Origin: Anaerolineales bacterium
Lineage (GTDB): Bacteria; Chloroflexota; Anaerolineae; Anaerolineales; Villigracilaceae
Direction: 5' to 3'
NCBI GenBank assembly: GCA_020060235.1
Contig: JAGVAO010000067.1
Location: 1,257-65,256, forward strand
DNA length: 64,000 nucleotides
In this document: piece after piece, positions 34,702 through 43,600 of the stretch
Position numbering within the stretch: position 1 is the first letter of the stretch
Layout: every line of letters begins with the position of its first letter
Made by a program: the position numbers and the translations under genes
The notes under the pieces: model-generated
What the model was told of the DNA's origin: nothing
The model's database searches: none
The model's input: the letters and a program-made list of their open reading frames with translations, nothing else

Positions 34702-37557
34702 ATGAAAAAAACACAACTTTCCTTAACCGTAAACGGCAACACCCACACCCTGGCCTCCATCCCCGGCGAAACGCTGGCGGATTTGTTGCGTAAACGCCTG
34801 CACCTGACCGGCACAAAAATCGGCTGCAACGAAGCCGAGTGCGGCGCGTGCACCGTCATCATGGACGGCGAACCGGTCTTGTCCTGCTCCACCCCGGCGG
34901 AACGCGCCGACGGCAAGACAATTTTGACGATTGAGGGGCTGGCAAAGACCCCCCTCGCCCCTGCGGGGCACTCCCCCCATTTTCAAGGAAAATGGGAGGA
35001 GACGGAGGGGGGCCTGCATCCTCTGCAGGAAGCCTTCGTCTCCCACGGCGCAGTCCAGTGCGGGTTCTGCATCCCCGGCCAGATTATGACATCGTATGCC
35101 CTGCTCGAAAAGAACCCCAACCCGACCTCCGACGACATCCGCCACGCGCTCAAGGATACCATCTGCCGCTGTGCTGGATACCCGACGATTGAGAACGCGA
35201 TTTTAGCCGCCGCCGAATCGCTCCGCACTGGGCAGCCGGTTGAAGGGCCGGACATCCCGGATTCTGCGCTGGAGGGACAAACCGTCGGCAAGTTGAAAGT
35301 CCGCCCGGACGGGGTCGAGAAAGTCACCGGCCACGCGATTTACACCGATGACCTGATTTTCGATAACATGCTCTTCGCGGCGGTCAAGCGCGCGGGCGTG
35401 CCTCACGCTTTTGTCCGCAAAATTGACGTGGAAAAAGCCCGCAGCGCCCCCGGCGTCGTCTCCGTGCTGACCGCCGAAGATGTCCCCGGCGAAAACATTC
35501 ACGGACTGGTGACGCTCGACTGGCCGGTCATGGTCGGTATCGACGAACGCGTCCGCTATGTCGGTGACGCGATAGCGATTGTAGCCGCCGAAAGCCAGGA
35601 AGCGGCTAAAGCGGCGGTTGAACTTATCGAAGTTGAATTCGACCTCCAGCCGGTTGTTGGCAACGCAGTCCAGGCGCGGGAGGAGGGCCAGCCGCAAATC
35701 CACGAAAAGGGCAACCTGCTCAAGCACATCAAAGTCCGCAAGGGCGACCCGGAAATCGGGTTTGCCGAAGCAGACATCGTGCTGGAACACACCTTCCACA
35801 CCCCGGCCCATGACCACCTGTTCATCGAACCGGAATGTAGCATCGCCGTTCCCGAGGGCGAACGCATGTTAATTTACGTCGGCTCGCAAATTCCGTACCA
35901 GGATAGAACGCAAGTCGCCCGCGCCCTGGGCTGGGACGAGGGCCGGGTGCGTATCCTCGGCCAGTTGATGGGCGGCGGCTTCGGCGGCAAGGAAGACATC
36001 GCCGGGCAAATACACGCCGCGCTGCTGGCAAATGCCACCGGGCGGCCCGTCAAATTGCTCTTTGACCGCCACGAGAGCCTGCTGGTGCATCCCAAGCGCC
36101 ACGCTACCCAAATCAAGGTCAAGATTGGCGCGAAGAAGGACGGTACCCTGGTCGCTGCCAAAACCGAACTATACGGCGACACCGGCGCGTATGCCTCGCT
36201 GGGCGAGAAAGTGCTGACCCGCGCCACGACCCACTCGGCTGGCCCGTACATCATCCCGCACGTCCACGCCGACTGCTACGCCATGTACACCAACAATCCC
36301 CCGGCGGGCGCGTTTCGTGGGTTTGGCGTGCTGCAATCGGCCTTTGCGATTGAAACCGTGCTGGACATGTTGGCCGAAAAACTCGGCCTCGACCGCATCG
36401 AACTGCGCCGCAAGAACGCTCTGCGCGTCGGCACCGAAACCAGCACCGGGCAGGTGATGCGCGAGAGCGTCGGGCTGGTGGAGTGTATTGACAAGGTGTC
36501 AGGTACCATGTGTCAGGTGTCAGGTTTGTCGAGAGACGAATTGTTCCAGGCACGGCGGGTTCCCGACGCTGAACACCTCGTCCGCGCCTGGGGTTTTGCT
36601 TCCGGCTTCAAGAACACTGGTCTGGGCGGCGGCGCGGACGATTGCGCCGGGGCCGAAGTCGAACTCTATGAGGATGGCCTGTTCGAGGTGCGCTCCTCCT
36701 CCGCTGAACTCGGCCAGGGTCTCGTCACCGTCATGCGCATGATTGTGGCCGAGGAACTGTCCGTCCCGGCGGAGCAGGTCAAAGTCCTGGTGATGGACAC
36801 CGACCTGACCCCCAACGGCGGCCCGACCACCGCCTCGCGCCAGACCTACGTTACCGGCAATGCTTCAAGATTGGCGGCCAAGACCCTGCGCGAAGCCATC
36901 ACAGCGACCCTGGCCGAAAAATACGACCAGGCTCCCGATAAAATCCGCTTCGAGGACGGCAACGTGCGCGTCAATGGGCATAGCCTGACCATGCAGGAAG
37001 TCTACAGCGAGATGAAAGCCGCCGGGAAAGACCCGCGCGTCTTGTACGATTACCACGCCCCGGCCACGACCCCGCTCGGCACGCCCGGGGATATGCACGT
37101 CGCTTTCTCGTTCGCCTCGCAGGCCGCCGAGGTGGAAGTCAACACCCTGACCGGCGAAGTAAAAGTCCTGCGCGTCATCGCTGCCAATGATGTTGGCCAC
37201 GCCATCAACCCGCTCGGCTTGCGCGGACAAATCGAAGGCGGCGTCGTCATGGGCGTCGGCCATGCCCTGCTCGAAAACTTCATCACCAAAGACGGCATGG
37301 TCGTCACCGACCGCATGTCGCGCTACCGCGTCCCGTCCATCGTCCACACGCCCGAAATCATCCCGATTGTGGTCGAAGACCCGGCGTCAGACGGACCTTA
37401 CGGCGCGAAGGGCGTCGGCGAAATCGTCCTGATTCCGACCCCGCCCGCCATCACCAACGCCATCTACAATGCGGTCGGCGTACGATTCGACACCCTGCCG
37501 GTCGACCAGGAGAAATTGCTCTGGGCGATGCGGAATTCATCAGGCAGCGCAGGATAA
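34702..37557 (+). CDS. xanthine dehydrogenase / aldehyde oxidase family protein: [2Fe-2S] small subunit fused to the molybdopterin-binding large subunit
   Basis: N-terminal ferredoxin motifs GCNEAECGACTV and QCGFCIPG...CRCAGY, followed by an approximately 780-aa MoCo domain (GGGFGGKE, ...GPYGAKGVGE). Confidence 0.85.
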   Translation: MKKTQLSLTVNGNTHTLASIPGETLADLLRKRLHLTGTKIGCNEAECGACTVIMDGEPVLSCSTPAERADGKTILTIEGLAKTPLAPAGHSPHFQGKWEETEGGLHPLQEAFVSHGAVQCGFCIPGQIMTSYALLEKNPNPTSDDIRHALKDTICRCAGYPTIENAILAAAESLRTGQPVEGPDIPDSALEGQTVGKLKVRPDGVEKVTGHAIYTDDLIFDNMLFAAVKRAGVPHAFVRKIDVEKARSAPGVVSVLTAEDVPGENIHGLVTLDWPVMVGIDERVRYVGDAIAIVAAESQEAAKAAVELIEVEFDLQPVVGNAVQAREEGQPQIHEKGNLLKHIKVRKGDPEIGFAEADIVLEHTFHTPAHDHLFIEPECSIAVPEGERMLIYVGSQIPYQDRTQVARALGWDEGRVRILGQLMGGGFGGKEDIAGQIHAALLANATGRPVKLLFDRHESLLVHPKRHATQIKVKIGAKKDGTLVAAKTELYGDTGAYASLGEKVLTRATTHSAGPYIIPHVHADCYAMYTNNPPAGAFRGFGVLQSAFAIETVLDMLAEKLGLDRIELRRKNALRVGTETSTGQVMRESVGLVECIDKVSGTMCQVSGLSRDELFQARRVPDAEHLVRAWGFASGFKNTGLGGGADDCAGAEVELYEDGLFEVRSSSAELGQGLVTVMRMIVAEELSVPAEQVKVLVMDTDLTPNGGPTTASRQTYVTGNASRLAAKTLREAITATLAEKYDQAPDKIRFEDGNVRVNGHSLTMQEVYSEMKAAGKDPRVLYDYHAPATTPLGTPGDMHVAFSFASQAAEVEVNTLTGEVKVLRVIAANDVGHAINPLGLRGQIEGGVVMGVGHALLENFITKDGMVVTDRMSRYRVPSIVHTPEIIPIVVEDPASDGPYGAKGVGEIVLIPTPPAITNAIYNAVGVRFDTLPVDQEKLLWAMRNSSGSAG
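34949..35012 (+). repeat. nested-palindrome segment inside the 2Fe-2S domain coding sequence
   Basis: Outer arms 'cccccctc'/'gagggggg' enclose two inner hairpins, 'gcccc-tgc-ggggc' and 'cccattttc-aag-gaaaatggg'. The segment encodes an extra TPLAPAGHSPHFQGKWEETEGG between IEGL and LHPLQ. Confidence 0.55.
36496..36524 (+). repeat. TGTCAGG-repeat element, family A copy 1 (in-frame in the MoCo subunit)
   Basis: 'gtgtcaggtaccatgtgtcaggtgtcagg' is 27/29 identical to 45731-45759. It encodes VSGTMCQVSG. Confidence 0.8.
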
Positions 37558-37572
37558 TATTTTGCGTCAAAA

Positions 37573-37602
37573 ACTCCGCCCAGCAACGGGCGGAGTTTTT
37601 TT
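37573..37602 (+). terminator. rho-independent terminator
   Basis: 8-bp stem 'actccgcc'...'ggcggagt' followed by a T7 run. Confidence 0.8.
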
Positions 37603-37760
37603 ATGCAGCCGCTAAATTAAACCGGCGTATGCTAAAATGACGCAGAGTGGGATGTTGAAACTTTTTCCCGTAATTTACGAATATCTGTATAAACAACCGC
37701 CCAAACACCGGTCAAAACGGCTATTGCCTGGCGGTGACATTTTCCAGAAAAGGAGCAACG

Positions 37761-40025
37761 ATGGACAACAAACAAAGGAATGATGCCCCACAGGTTGAGC
37801 AGTCCTCCCGCCGCCGGTCGGAACAGCAGTTGGAGGAATTCAACACCAGCGTTTCTGCCCTGCGCACCCAGGCCGACCGCACCCGCAACGTGTTTGGCTT
37901 TGGGCGCCGGATTATCGTCCCGCCCGATGAAATTCACGTTGTCGTCGGGGACGGCCTGCATATTGCGGCCATGTCCAACGACCGCAAGGTGTTCGGGCAA
38001 AGCGCCTCGCGCCCTTCCCGTTATTGGTTGAACCCGCTGACCCAGGTCATTAAACTCAAGACCATCAGTTTCACCGTCCCGATTCGCGGCAACAACGACG
38101 AGGGCGTCGAAGCACTCGACAACAGCAAGGTCAGTTTCAGGCTGTGGGCGCACGCGGTTGCCAAACTCAACCCCGAAAAAGCGGATGTCGCTGCCCAGCG
38201 CGTCGGCCTCGATACCGGCGGTCTTATCAACACCATCACCGAGGTTGGCACGGCGGAACTGATTGCCGCCGCCGCATCGATGGGCCTGAACGACATCATT
38301 GCCAATCGCCAAAAACTGGCCGAGATTGCCTTCCCCAAGGTCAATAATATTCTCTCTGAACTGGGCTACGACCTGGCGCTGCTGACCGTCACCCAACTGG
38401 AGGGCATGGCCTATCACAAACTGGTCGAGCAGGCTGAATCGCGCATCTCGAAAGAGACCAGTATTGCCACCAACAAGGAACAGGTTCAGGAGTTGCAGGA
38501 CGACCAGGTACGCGAGCGCACCGAGGCCGAAATCCGCGCCCTGACCGAGAAGAAACTGGCCTCCGAACGGTTGGATGCCGAGCGCGAAGTCGAGACGGCT
38601 ACCCTCTCGCAGCAGGAAGCCCTGGCCATCCGCCGTCACGAACTGGAAGTCAAGCAACTCGAACTGGCAAAATCTGCCGCGACCGCCTCGCACGAGACCG
38701 ATATTGCCAAAGTGCAACTGGGCCAGACCCTCGGCCAGGCCGAAGCGGAGAAGGAAGCCACGCTGGCGCGCATCAAAAAGGAACGCGATGCCGAACTGCG
38801 CGCCCTCGAACAGCAGAAAAATGCGGCCATTAAACTGGCTGAAACCAAAGCCGAAGCCGAACGCATGGCGATGGAGCAGGTGCGCCAGATTGAACGCGCC
38901 GCCGAGCGTACCCAGGCCGAGGCCGAGCGCTTGCGCGCCGAGGAACTGGCCGCTGCCGAGCGCGCCAAGGAAATTGCGCTGGTTGACGCCAACAAACTGG
39001 GCGAATCGATGAAAGTCGAGGCCGAAGCCGAAGCCCGCGCTTTACAGATGCGCACCGAAGCCCAGACCAAGGCCGAACTGGTCAAGGCCGAAGCTGAAGC
39101 GACAGCCACCGAAAAACGCGCCAAGGCGGCCAAAATCCGCGCCGAGGCCACTCGCGCCGAATCGGCGGCCCAGGGTTTGGCCGAAGCCGAAGTCGAAGCC
39201 GCCCGCGTGCAGGTGGCCGAAAAGCAGGTGGTTGTCAACCGCGCCGAAGGCCTGGCCCAGGCCGAAATCGCCCGCGCCCAGGCGGAAGTCGAGGCCGAGC
39301 GCATCCAGCGGTTGAAAGATGTCGAAATCACCGCCCAGCAAAAACTGGTCGACCTGTACGAAAAGGCCCCGGTGCTGGTCGAAATCGAAAAGATGAAACT
39401 TGAACACGCTCATCGCGAACGCCTGGCCACCCTGCAAGTCGAAGCCTACAAGGAAGCCTTCATGGCAATGGCCCCCGGAGTCAAGGTTCACATTTACGGC
39501 AATGGCGGGCAGACCGGCAAAATCATCACCGACCTGATGAGTTTCTCGCAGGGCATCAACCTGCTGGGCGAGGAAGTGCCGCTCATTGGGCGCATCATCA
39601 ACGCCAGCGGGGTTACTCCTGCCGAAGTAGACGAGGCCGAAAGCACCACCATCAACTGGGTGCGCGACAACCTGGACGGCTTCCGGCCCTACATCCAGCA
39701 GGTCATGTCCGATGTCAACCCGCGGGTTTTCTCCAGCCTGAAAGTCGCCGACCTGGTAGAACGCCTCGTGCCGGTTATCTCCGGCAAGGAAGACCTGACC
39801 ACCAGCCTCGACCAACTGCGCCAGGACGCCAACTTCCGCGTGGTCGGCGACCTGCCAATTGTGCCCATCCTGAAACTGTTCGGCATCGACCTGGGCAGCG
39901 GCAAGAAAAAGGGCAAAGCCTCCCTGCCGGAAGTGGACGAAGCCCTCGCGCCGGTTGCGCTCGCCGCCAGCGCGCCTGCCGAGCCAGAGGAAACTGACCA
40001 GGTGGATGACGGCAGAAAAACCTGA
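37761..40025 (+). CDS. flotillin-like SPFH/Band-7 domain protein with a long Ala/Glu-rich coiled coil
   Basis: SPFH-like N-terminal domain (IVPPDEIHVVVGDG...VIKLKTISFTV...RLWAHAVAKL), then about 300 aa of AEAE/KAEA heptads. The ATG at 37761 has an AAAGGAG RBS. Confidence 0.7.
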   Translation: MDNKQRNDAPQVEQSSRRRSEQQLEEFNTSVSALRTQADRTRNVFGFGRRIIVPPDEIHVVVGDGLHIAAMSNDRKVFGQSASRPSRYWLNPLTQVIKLKTISFTVPIRGNNDEGVEALDNSKVSFRLWAHAVAKLNPEKADVAAQRVGLDTGGLINTITEVGTAELIAAAASMGLNDIIANRQKLAEIAFPKVNNILSELGYDLALLTVTQLEGMAYHKLVEQAESRISKETSIATNKEQVQELQDDQVRERTEAEIRALTEKKLASERLDAEREVETATLSQQEALAIRRHELEVKQLELAKSAATASHETDIAKVQLGQTLGQAEAEKEATLARIKKERDAELRALEQQKNAAIKLAETKAEAERMAMEQVRQIERAAERTQAEAERLRAEELAAAERAKEIALVDANKLGESMKVEAEAEARALQMRTEAQTKAELVKAEAEATATEKRAKAAKIRAEATRAESAAQGLAEAEVEAARVQVAEKQVVVNRAEGLAQAEIARAQAEVEAERIQRLKDVEITAQQKLVDLYEKAPVLVEIEKMKLEHAHRERLATLQVEAYKEAFMAMAPGVKVHIYGNGGQTGKIITDLMSFSQGINLLGEEVPLIGRIINASGVTPAEVDEAESTTINWVRDNLDGFRPYIQQVMSDVNPRVFSSLKVADLVERLVPVISGKEDLTTSLDQLRQDANFRVVGDLPIVPILKLFGIDLGSGKKKGKASLPEVDEALAPVALAASAPAEPEETDQVDDGRKT

Positions 40026-40043
40026 ACCGGAAATCAATGAACG

Positions 40044-40076
40044 AAATGCCCCGCGGCGACGTGGGGCATTTTTTCG
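40044..40076 (+). terminator. rho-independent terminator
   Basis: 'aaatgcccc'...'ggggcattt' stem followed by a T-run. Confidence 0.7.
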
Positions 40077-40139
40077 TATTCCTGAACGGCAAGGGTATAA
40101 TACCCCTTCAATAATGGACATTACCAGGATGCCTGCCTT

Positions 40140-41420
40140 ATGAACAAATTTGCTGGTTATCGCTGTTCCCTGTGCAACACAGAATACATGCCCGGGCAGG
40201 TGACGTATACCTGTCCCTGTGGCGGCAACCTCGACGTGGTGCTCGATTTCGACGTCATCAAGAAAAAATATCAGGCGGATGATTTCCTGAGCAGGGATAA
40301 TGCCGGTCTCTGGCGTTATCTGCCGCTGATACCGGTCGCTTTTCCGAAGGGCGCGGAACAAACTCCCCTCAGCCTGGCTGGCGGGACCCCGGTCGTTTCC
40401 CTGCCCCGGCTGGCGAAAAAACTCGGCCTCGAGCATTTGTGGCTCAAAGACGAATCGCGCAACCCAACGGCCTCGTTCAAAGACCGCGCTTCGGCGGTGG
40501 TGGTGGCCCGGGCGCAGGAAATCGCCGCTGAGGTGGTTGTGACTGCTTCGACGGGCAATGCCGGGGCCGCGCTGGCTGGTATGGCGGCGGCAGTCGGCCA
40601 GAAGGCGGTCATCTTTGCCCCCAAGACGGCCCCGCCCGCCAAGGTGGCGCAGTTGCTGGTCTTTGGCGCGAAAGTCTTGCTGGTCGATGGCACCTATGAC
40701 GACGCTTTTGATTTGACCGTCAAAGCCGCTGACGAATTTGGCTGGTATTGCCGCAACACCGGGTACAACCCGTTTACGCTGGAAGGCAAAAAGACCGCTG
40801 CTTTTGAAATTTGGGAATTTATGCACCGCGAGCTGGGCCTGGTCAGCCGACGGGCAACCGGCGATTTGACTGTTCCGCTCAACCAGCCGCGCCTGACGAT
40901 TTTCGTTTCGGTTGGCGATGGCAATATCATTTCCGGCATTCATAAGGGATTCAAGGATTTGCATGACCTCGGCTGGCTGGAGCGCATTCCGCGCATTATT
41001 GGTGTGCAGGCCGAGGGGTCGGCGGCGATTGCCAATGCCTTTCATGCGGGGGGCGAGGAAATAGTCCCGGTTAAAGCGACCACCCTGGCCGACAGCATCA
41101 GCGTCGATTTGCCGCGCGACGGGGTGCGGGCGGTGCGGGCGGCGCGCGAAACCGGCGGGACGTATATCACCGTTTCAGACGCCGAGATTTTGGCCGCCAT
41201 AGCGGAACTGGGCGGGGTGGGGGTCTTTGCCGAACCCGCCGGGGCGGCGGCCTACGCCGGTTTGACGGCGGCCCAGGCCCGGGGGATTCTCGAACCGGGC
41301 GCGCCCGTTTTGGTGGTCAATACCGGCAGCGGCCTCAAAGATGTCCGCGCGGCAATGCAATCGGTGCAGGCCGCGCCTGTTATCCAACCTGACCTGGAGT
41401 CTGTCAAGAAGCATCTATGA
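40140..41420 (+). CDS. thrC: threonine synthase (PLP-dependent, N-terminal zinc ribbon)
   Basis: CSLCNTEYMPGQVTYTCPCGG zinc ribbon, PLP-lysine motif NPTASFKDRAS, and GNAGAALA. Confidence 0.8.
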   Translation: MNKFAGYRCSLCNTEYMPGQVTYTCPCGGNLDVVLDFDVIKKKYQADDFLSRDNAGLWRYLPLIPVAFPKGAEQTPLSLAGGTPVVSLPRLAKKLGLEHLWLKDESRNPTASFKDRASAVVVARAQEIAAEVVVTASTGNAGAALAGMAAAVGQKAVIFAPKTAPPAKVAQLLVFGAKVLLVDGTYDDAFDLTVKAADEFGWYCRNTGYNPFTLEGKKTAAFEIWEFMHRELGLVSRRATGDLTVPLNQPRLTIFVSVGDGNIISGIHKGFKDLHDLGWLERIPRIIGVQAEGSAAIANAFHAGGEEIVPVKATTLADSISVDLPRDGVRAVRAARETGGTYITVSDAEILAAIAELGGVGVFAEPAGAAAYAGLTAAQARGILEPGAPVLVVNTGSGLKDVRAAMQSVQAAPVIQPDLESVKKHL

Positions 41421-42574
41421 ACGAGTGGCGTCCATCTTTTCGATATATGATTGGGCTGCTGTTGCTGGCCGCGCTGGCGGGCTTTGTGTATTATGCGCGC
41501 GAGGCCATTCAGCCGCTGGTGATTTCGGCTTTCATTGCCTACCTGTTTAACCCGGCTGCGGTTATCCTGGCTGAAAAGACCCGCCTTTCGCGCCGCGCCG
41601 CAGTGGCGATTGTGTATTTTACGGCCCTGGTGCTTTTGTTTGCCGTCCCGGCGACGGTGACGCCCTTTTTCCTTGATGAACTGGCCGGGGTGGGGCGCGA
41701 TTTGTTCAACCTGCTGGGCGAGTTTCAGGCGATGCTGGCCGAGCCGCTTTTTTTTATGGGCATGAGCTTCGACTTGAGCGAGGTCGGCCAATCGTTGGGC
41801 GGTTTGCAGTCGTTTTTAATTACGCCCCTGCCCGAAGATGCCTTCTGGATTTTGGAATCGACCTCGCGGGGGACGATTTGGTTCCTGGTGATTGTCGTAA
41901 CGGTGTACCTCTTCCTGGCCTATTGGCCGGATATGCGCGATTGGCTGCTCGACCTGGCGCCGCCCGCGGCGCGCGAGGAGGCGCAAATTCTTTACAGGCA
42001 GGTTCGCGCAGTCTGGATGGCTTACCTGCGCGGCCAGATTTTGCTGATGTTTCTTGTGGGCGTCATTTTTACGATTGCCTGGTACATTTTGGGTATTCCC
42101 GGCGCGTTTGTGCTGGGAGTGATTGCCGGCCTGTTCACCCTGGTGCCCGACCTGGGGCCGATTCTGGCTGTTGCGCTGGCGATGGGTGTTGCCCTGCTGG
42201 AAGGCTCGACCTGGATTCCGCTCTCGAACGCCTGGGTGACGGTGATTGTATTTATCGTCTATTTTGTGTTGATAAACTTGAAAAATATGTGGCTCAGGCC
42301 GGTCATTATGGGCCGCAGTGTTCACATGAACGAGGGCCTGATTTTTGTGGTCATCCTGGTTGCCACGATTTTGAATGGCATTCTCGGCGCGCTGCTGGTT
42401 GTGCCGGTGCTGGCTTCGAGTATCATTGTTTTCAATTACCTGGTTCGCAAGGTGCTCGGCAGGCCGCCTTTCGAGAAGGAAATTCCTTTTGTCAAGCGTT
42501 TCCGTCCCAGCGATGAGCGTCTCCCCGCGAGGCATTTGCGCCGCCGCACAATCAAAAAACTGAACAGGAATTAA
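41417..42574 (+). CDS. AI-2E family transporter (PerM/UPF0118)
   Basis: Membrane protein of about 8 TM helices with the typical ...VPDLGPILA... segment. The start overlaps the thrC stop. Confidence 0.75.
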   Translation: MNEWRPSFRYMIGLLLLAALAGFVYYAREAIQPLVISAFIAYLFNPAAVILAEKTRLSRRAAVAIVYFTALVLLFAVPATVTPFFLDELAGVGRDLFNLLGEFQAMLAEPLFFMGMSFDLSEVGQSLGGLQSFLITPLPEDAFWILESTSRGTIWFLVIVVTVYLFLAYWPDMRDWLLDLAPPAAREEAQILYRQVRAVWMAYLRGQILLMFLVGVIFTIAWYILGIPGAFVLGVIAGLFTLVPDLGPILAVALAMGVALLEGSTWIPLSNAWVTVIVFIVYFVLINLKNMWLRPVIMGRSVHMNEGLIFVVILVATILNGILGALLVVPVLASSIIVFNYLVRKVLGRPPFEKEIPFVKRFRPSDERLPARHLRRRTIKKLNRN

Positions 42575-42577
42575 CCC

Positions 42578-43519
42578 ATGTCCATCACGTATTCAATCAT
42601 TGCCCCGATATATAACGAATTCGAGAATATTCCCGCGCTCTGGCAGCGTGTGAGCCAGGTGATGGATTCGACCGGCGAGAATTGGGAACTCATCCTGGTT
42701 GATGACGGTTCGAGCGATGGCTCGACGGAGCGCATCCGTGAACTGGCGGCTGGCGAGCCGCGCGTGCGACCCGTGATTTTTGCGCGCAATTTCGGTCACC
42801 AGATTGCCGTCACCGCCGGGCTGGATTATGCGCGCGGCAAGGCAATTGTGGTCATCGATGCTGACCTGCAAGACCCGCCGGAGGTCATTCTCGAACTGGC
42901 TGAAAAGTGGAAGGAAGGCTACGAGGTGGTTTATGCGGTGCGTTCGGAGCGCGAGGGGGAGAGTTGGTTTAAACTGTTTACGGCTTCGATGTTTTACCGC
43001 CTGATTTACCGTATTACGGATGTCAAAATTCCGCTCGATACCGGGGATTTCCGCCTGATTGACCGCAAGGTGGTCGATGTGATGAATTCGATGCGCGAGC
43101 GTCACCGCTTCCTGCGCGGCATGTCGGCCTGGATTGGTTTTAAGCAGGTTGGGGTGGAATATAAACGCGCGGCGCGGGTGGCCGGGGTGACAAAATACCC
43201 GTTCAAAAAGATGCTGCGCCTGGCGCTGAATGCCATTACCGGTTTTTCATATTTCCCCTTGCAGGTGGCAACTTATTTTGGCTTCATCGCCGCCGGGTTG
43301 GCAATTCTGGCCATCCCTGTTGTGACAGTGCTGCGCCTGGTGGGTTCGCATTTCTTCGAGGGGCAGACGACGACCCTGATTTCGGTCTTGTTCCTGGGTG
43401 GTGTGCAGTTGATTTCGCTCGGCATACTGGGCGAGTACATCGGGCGGATTTATGATGAGGTCAAGGGCCGCCCGCTGTATGTGGTCAGTGAAGCGCCAGA
43501 TTCGATGGGCGGTGAGTAG
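42578..43519 (+). CDS. family 2 glycosyltransferase (polyprenyl-phosphate sugar transferase, GtrB/DPM1-like)
   Basis: IIAPIYNE...[12 protein letters not shown]...[12 protein letters not shown] plus two C-terminal TM helices. Confidence 0.85.
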   Translation: MSITYSIIAPIYNEFENIPALWQRVSQVMDSTGENWELILVDDGSSDGSTERIRELAAGEPRVRPVIFARNFGHQIAVTAGLDYARGKAIVVIDADLQDPPEVILELAEKWKEGYEVVYAVRSEREGESWFKLFTASMFYRLIYRITDVKIPLDTGDFRLIDRKVVDVMNSMRERHRFLRGMSAWIGFKQVGVEYKRAARVAGVTKYPFKKMLRLALNAITGFSYFPLQVATYFGFIAAGLAILAIPVVTVLRLVGSHFFEGQTTTLISVLFLGGVQLISLGILGEYIGRIYDEVKGRPLYVVSEAPDSMGGE

Positions 43520-43520
43520 T

Positions 43521-43597
43521 AATCGTTAATTCGGAGAGAAGTTTGGGAATACCCGAATTCGATACTCGATTTTCGAATACTCGAATAACGAATAGCG
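43521..43597 (+). repeat. CGAAT-unit repeat block, family D copy 1 (intergenic)
   Basis: 'aatcgttaattcgg...cccgaattcgatactcgattttcgaatactcgaataacgaatagcg' lies between convergent genes. Confidence 0.55.
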
Positions 43598-43600
43598 CTC

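Noticed and set aside
36496-36524. TGTCAGG tandem units (also at 45731-45759) as a possible CRISPR array
   Set aside because: The units are only 7 nt and directly abutting, with no spacers and no leader or cas genes. They are not a CRISPR array.
38480-39330. Highly repetitive GCCGAAGC/GAGGCC-type DNA in the flotillin-like gene as a mobile repeat
   Set aside because: The repetition follows from the Ala/Glu/Lys/Arg coiled-coil heptads of the encoded protein. It is not shared with other loci in the window.
39042-41045. 667-aa minus-strand ORF spanning the 3' end of the flotillin-like gene, a terminator and half of thrC
   Set aside because: It runs antisense across two well-supported plus-strand genes and an intrinsic terminator. 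The product is G/R/A/F-rich with no domain signatures.
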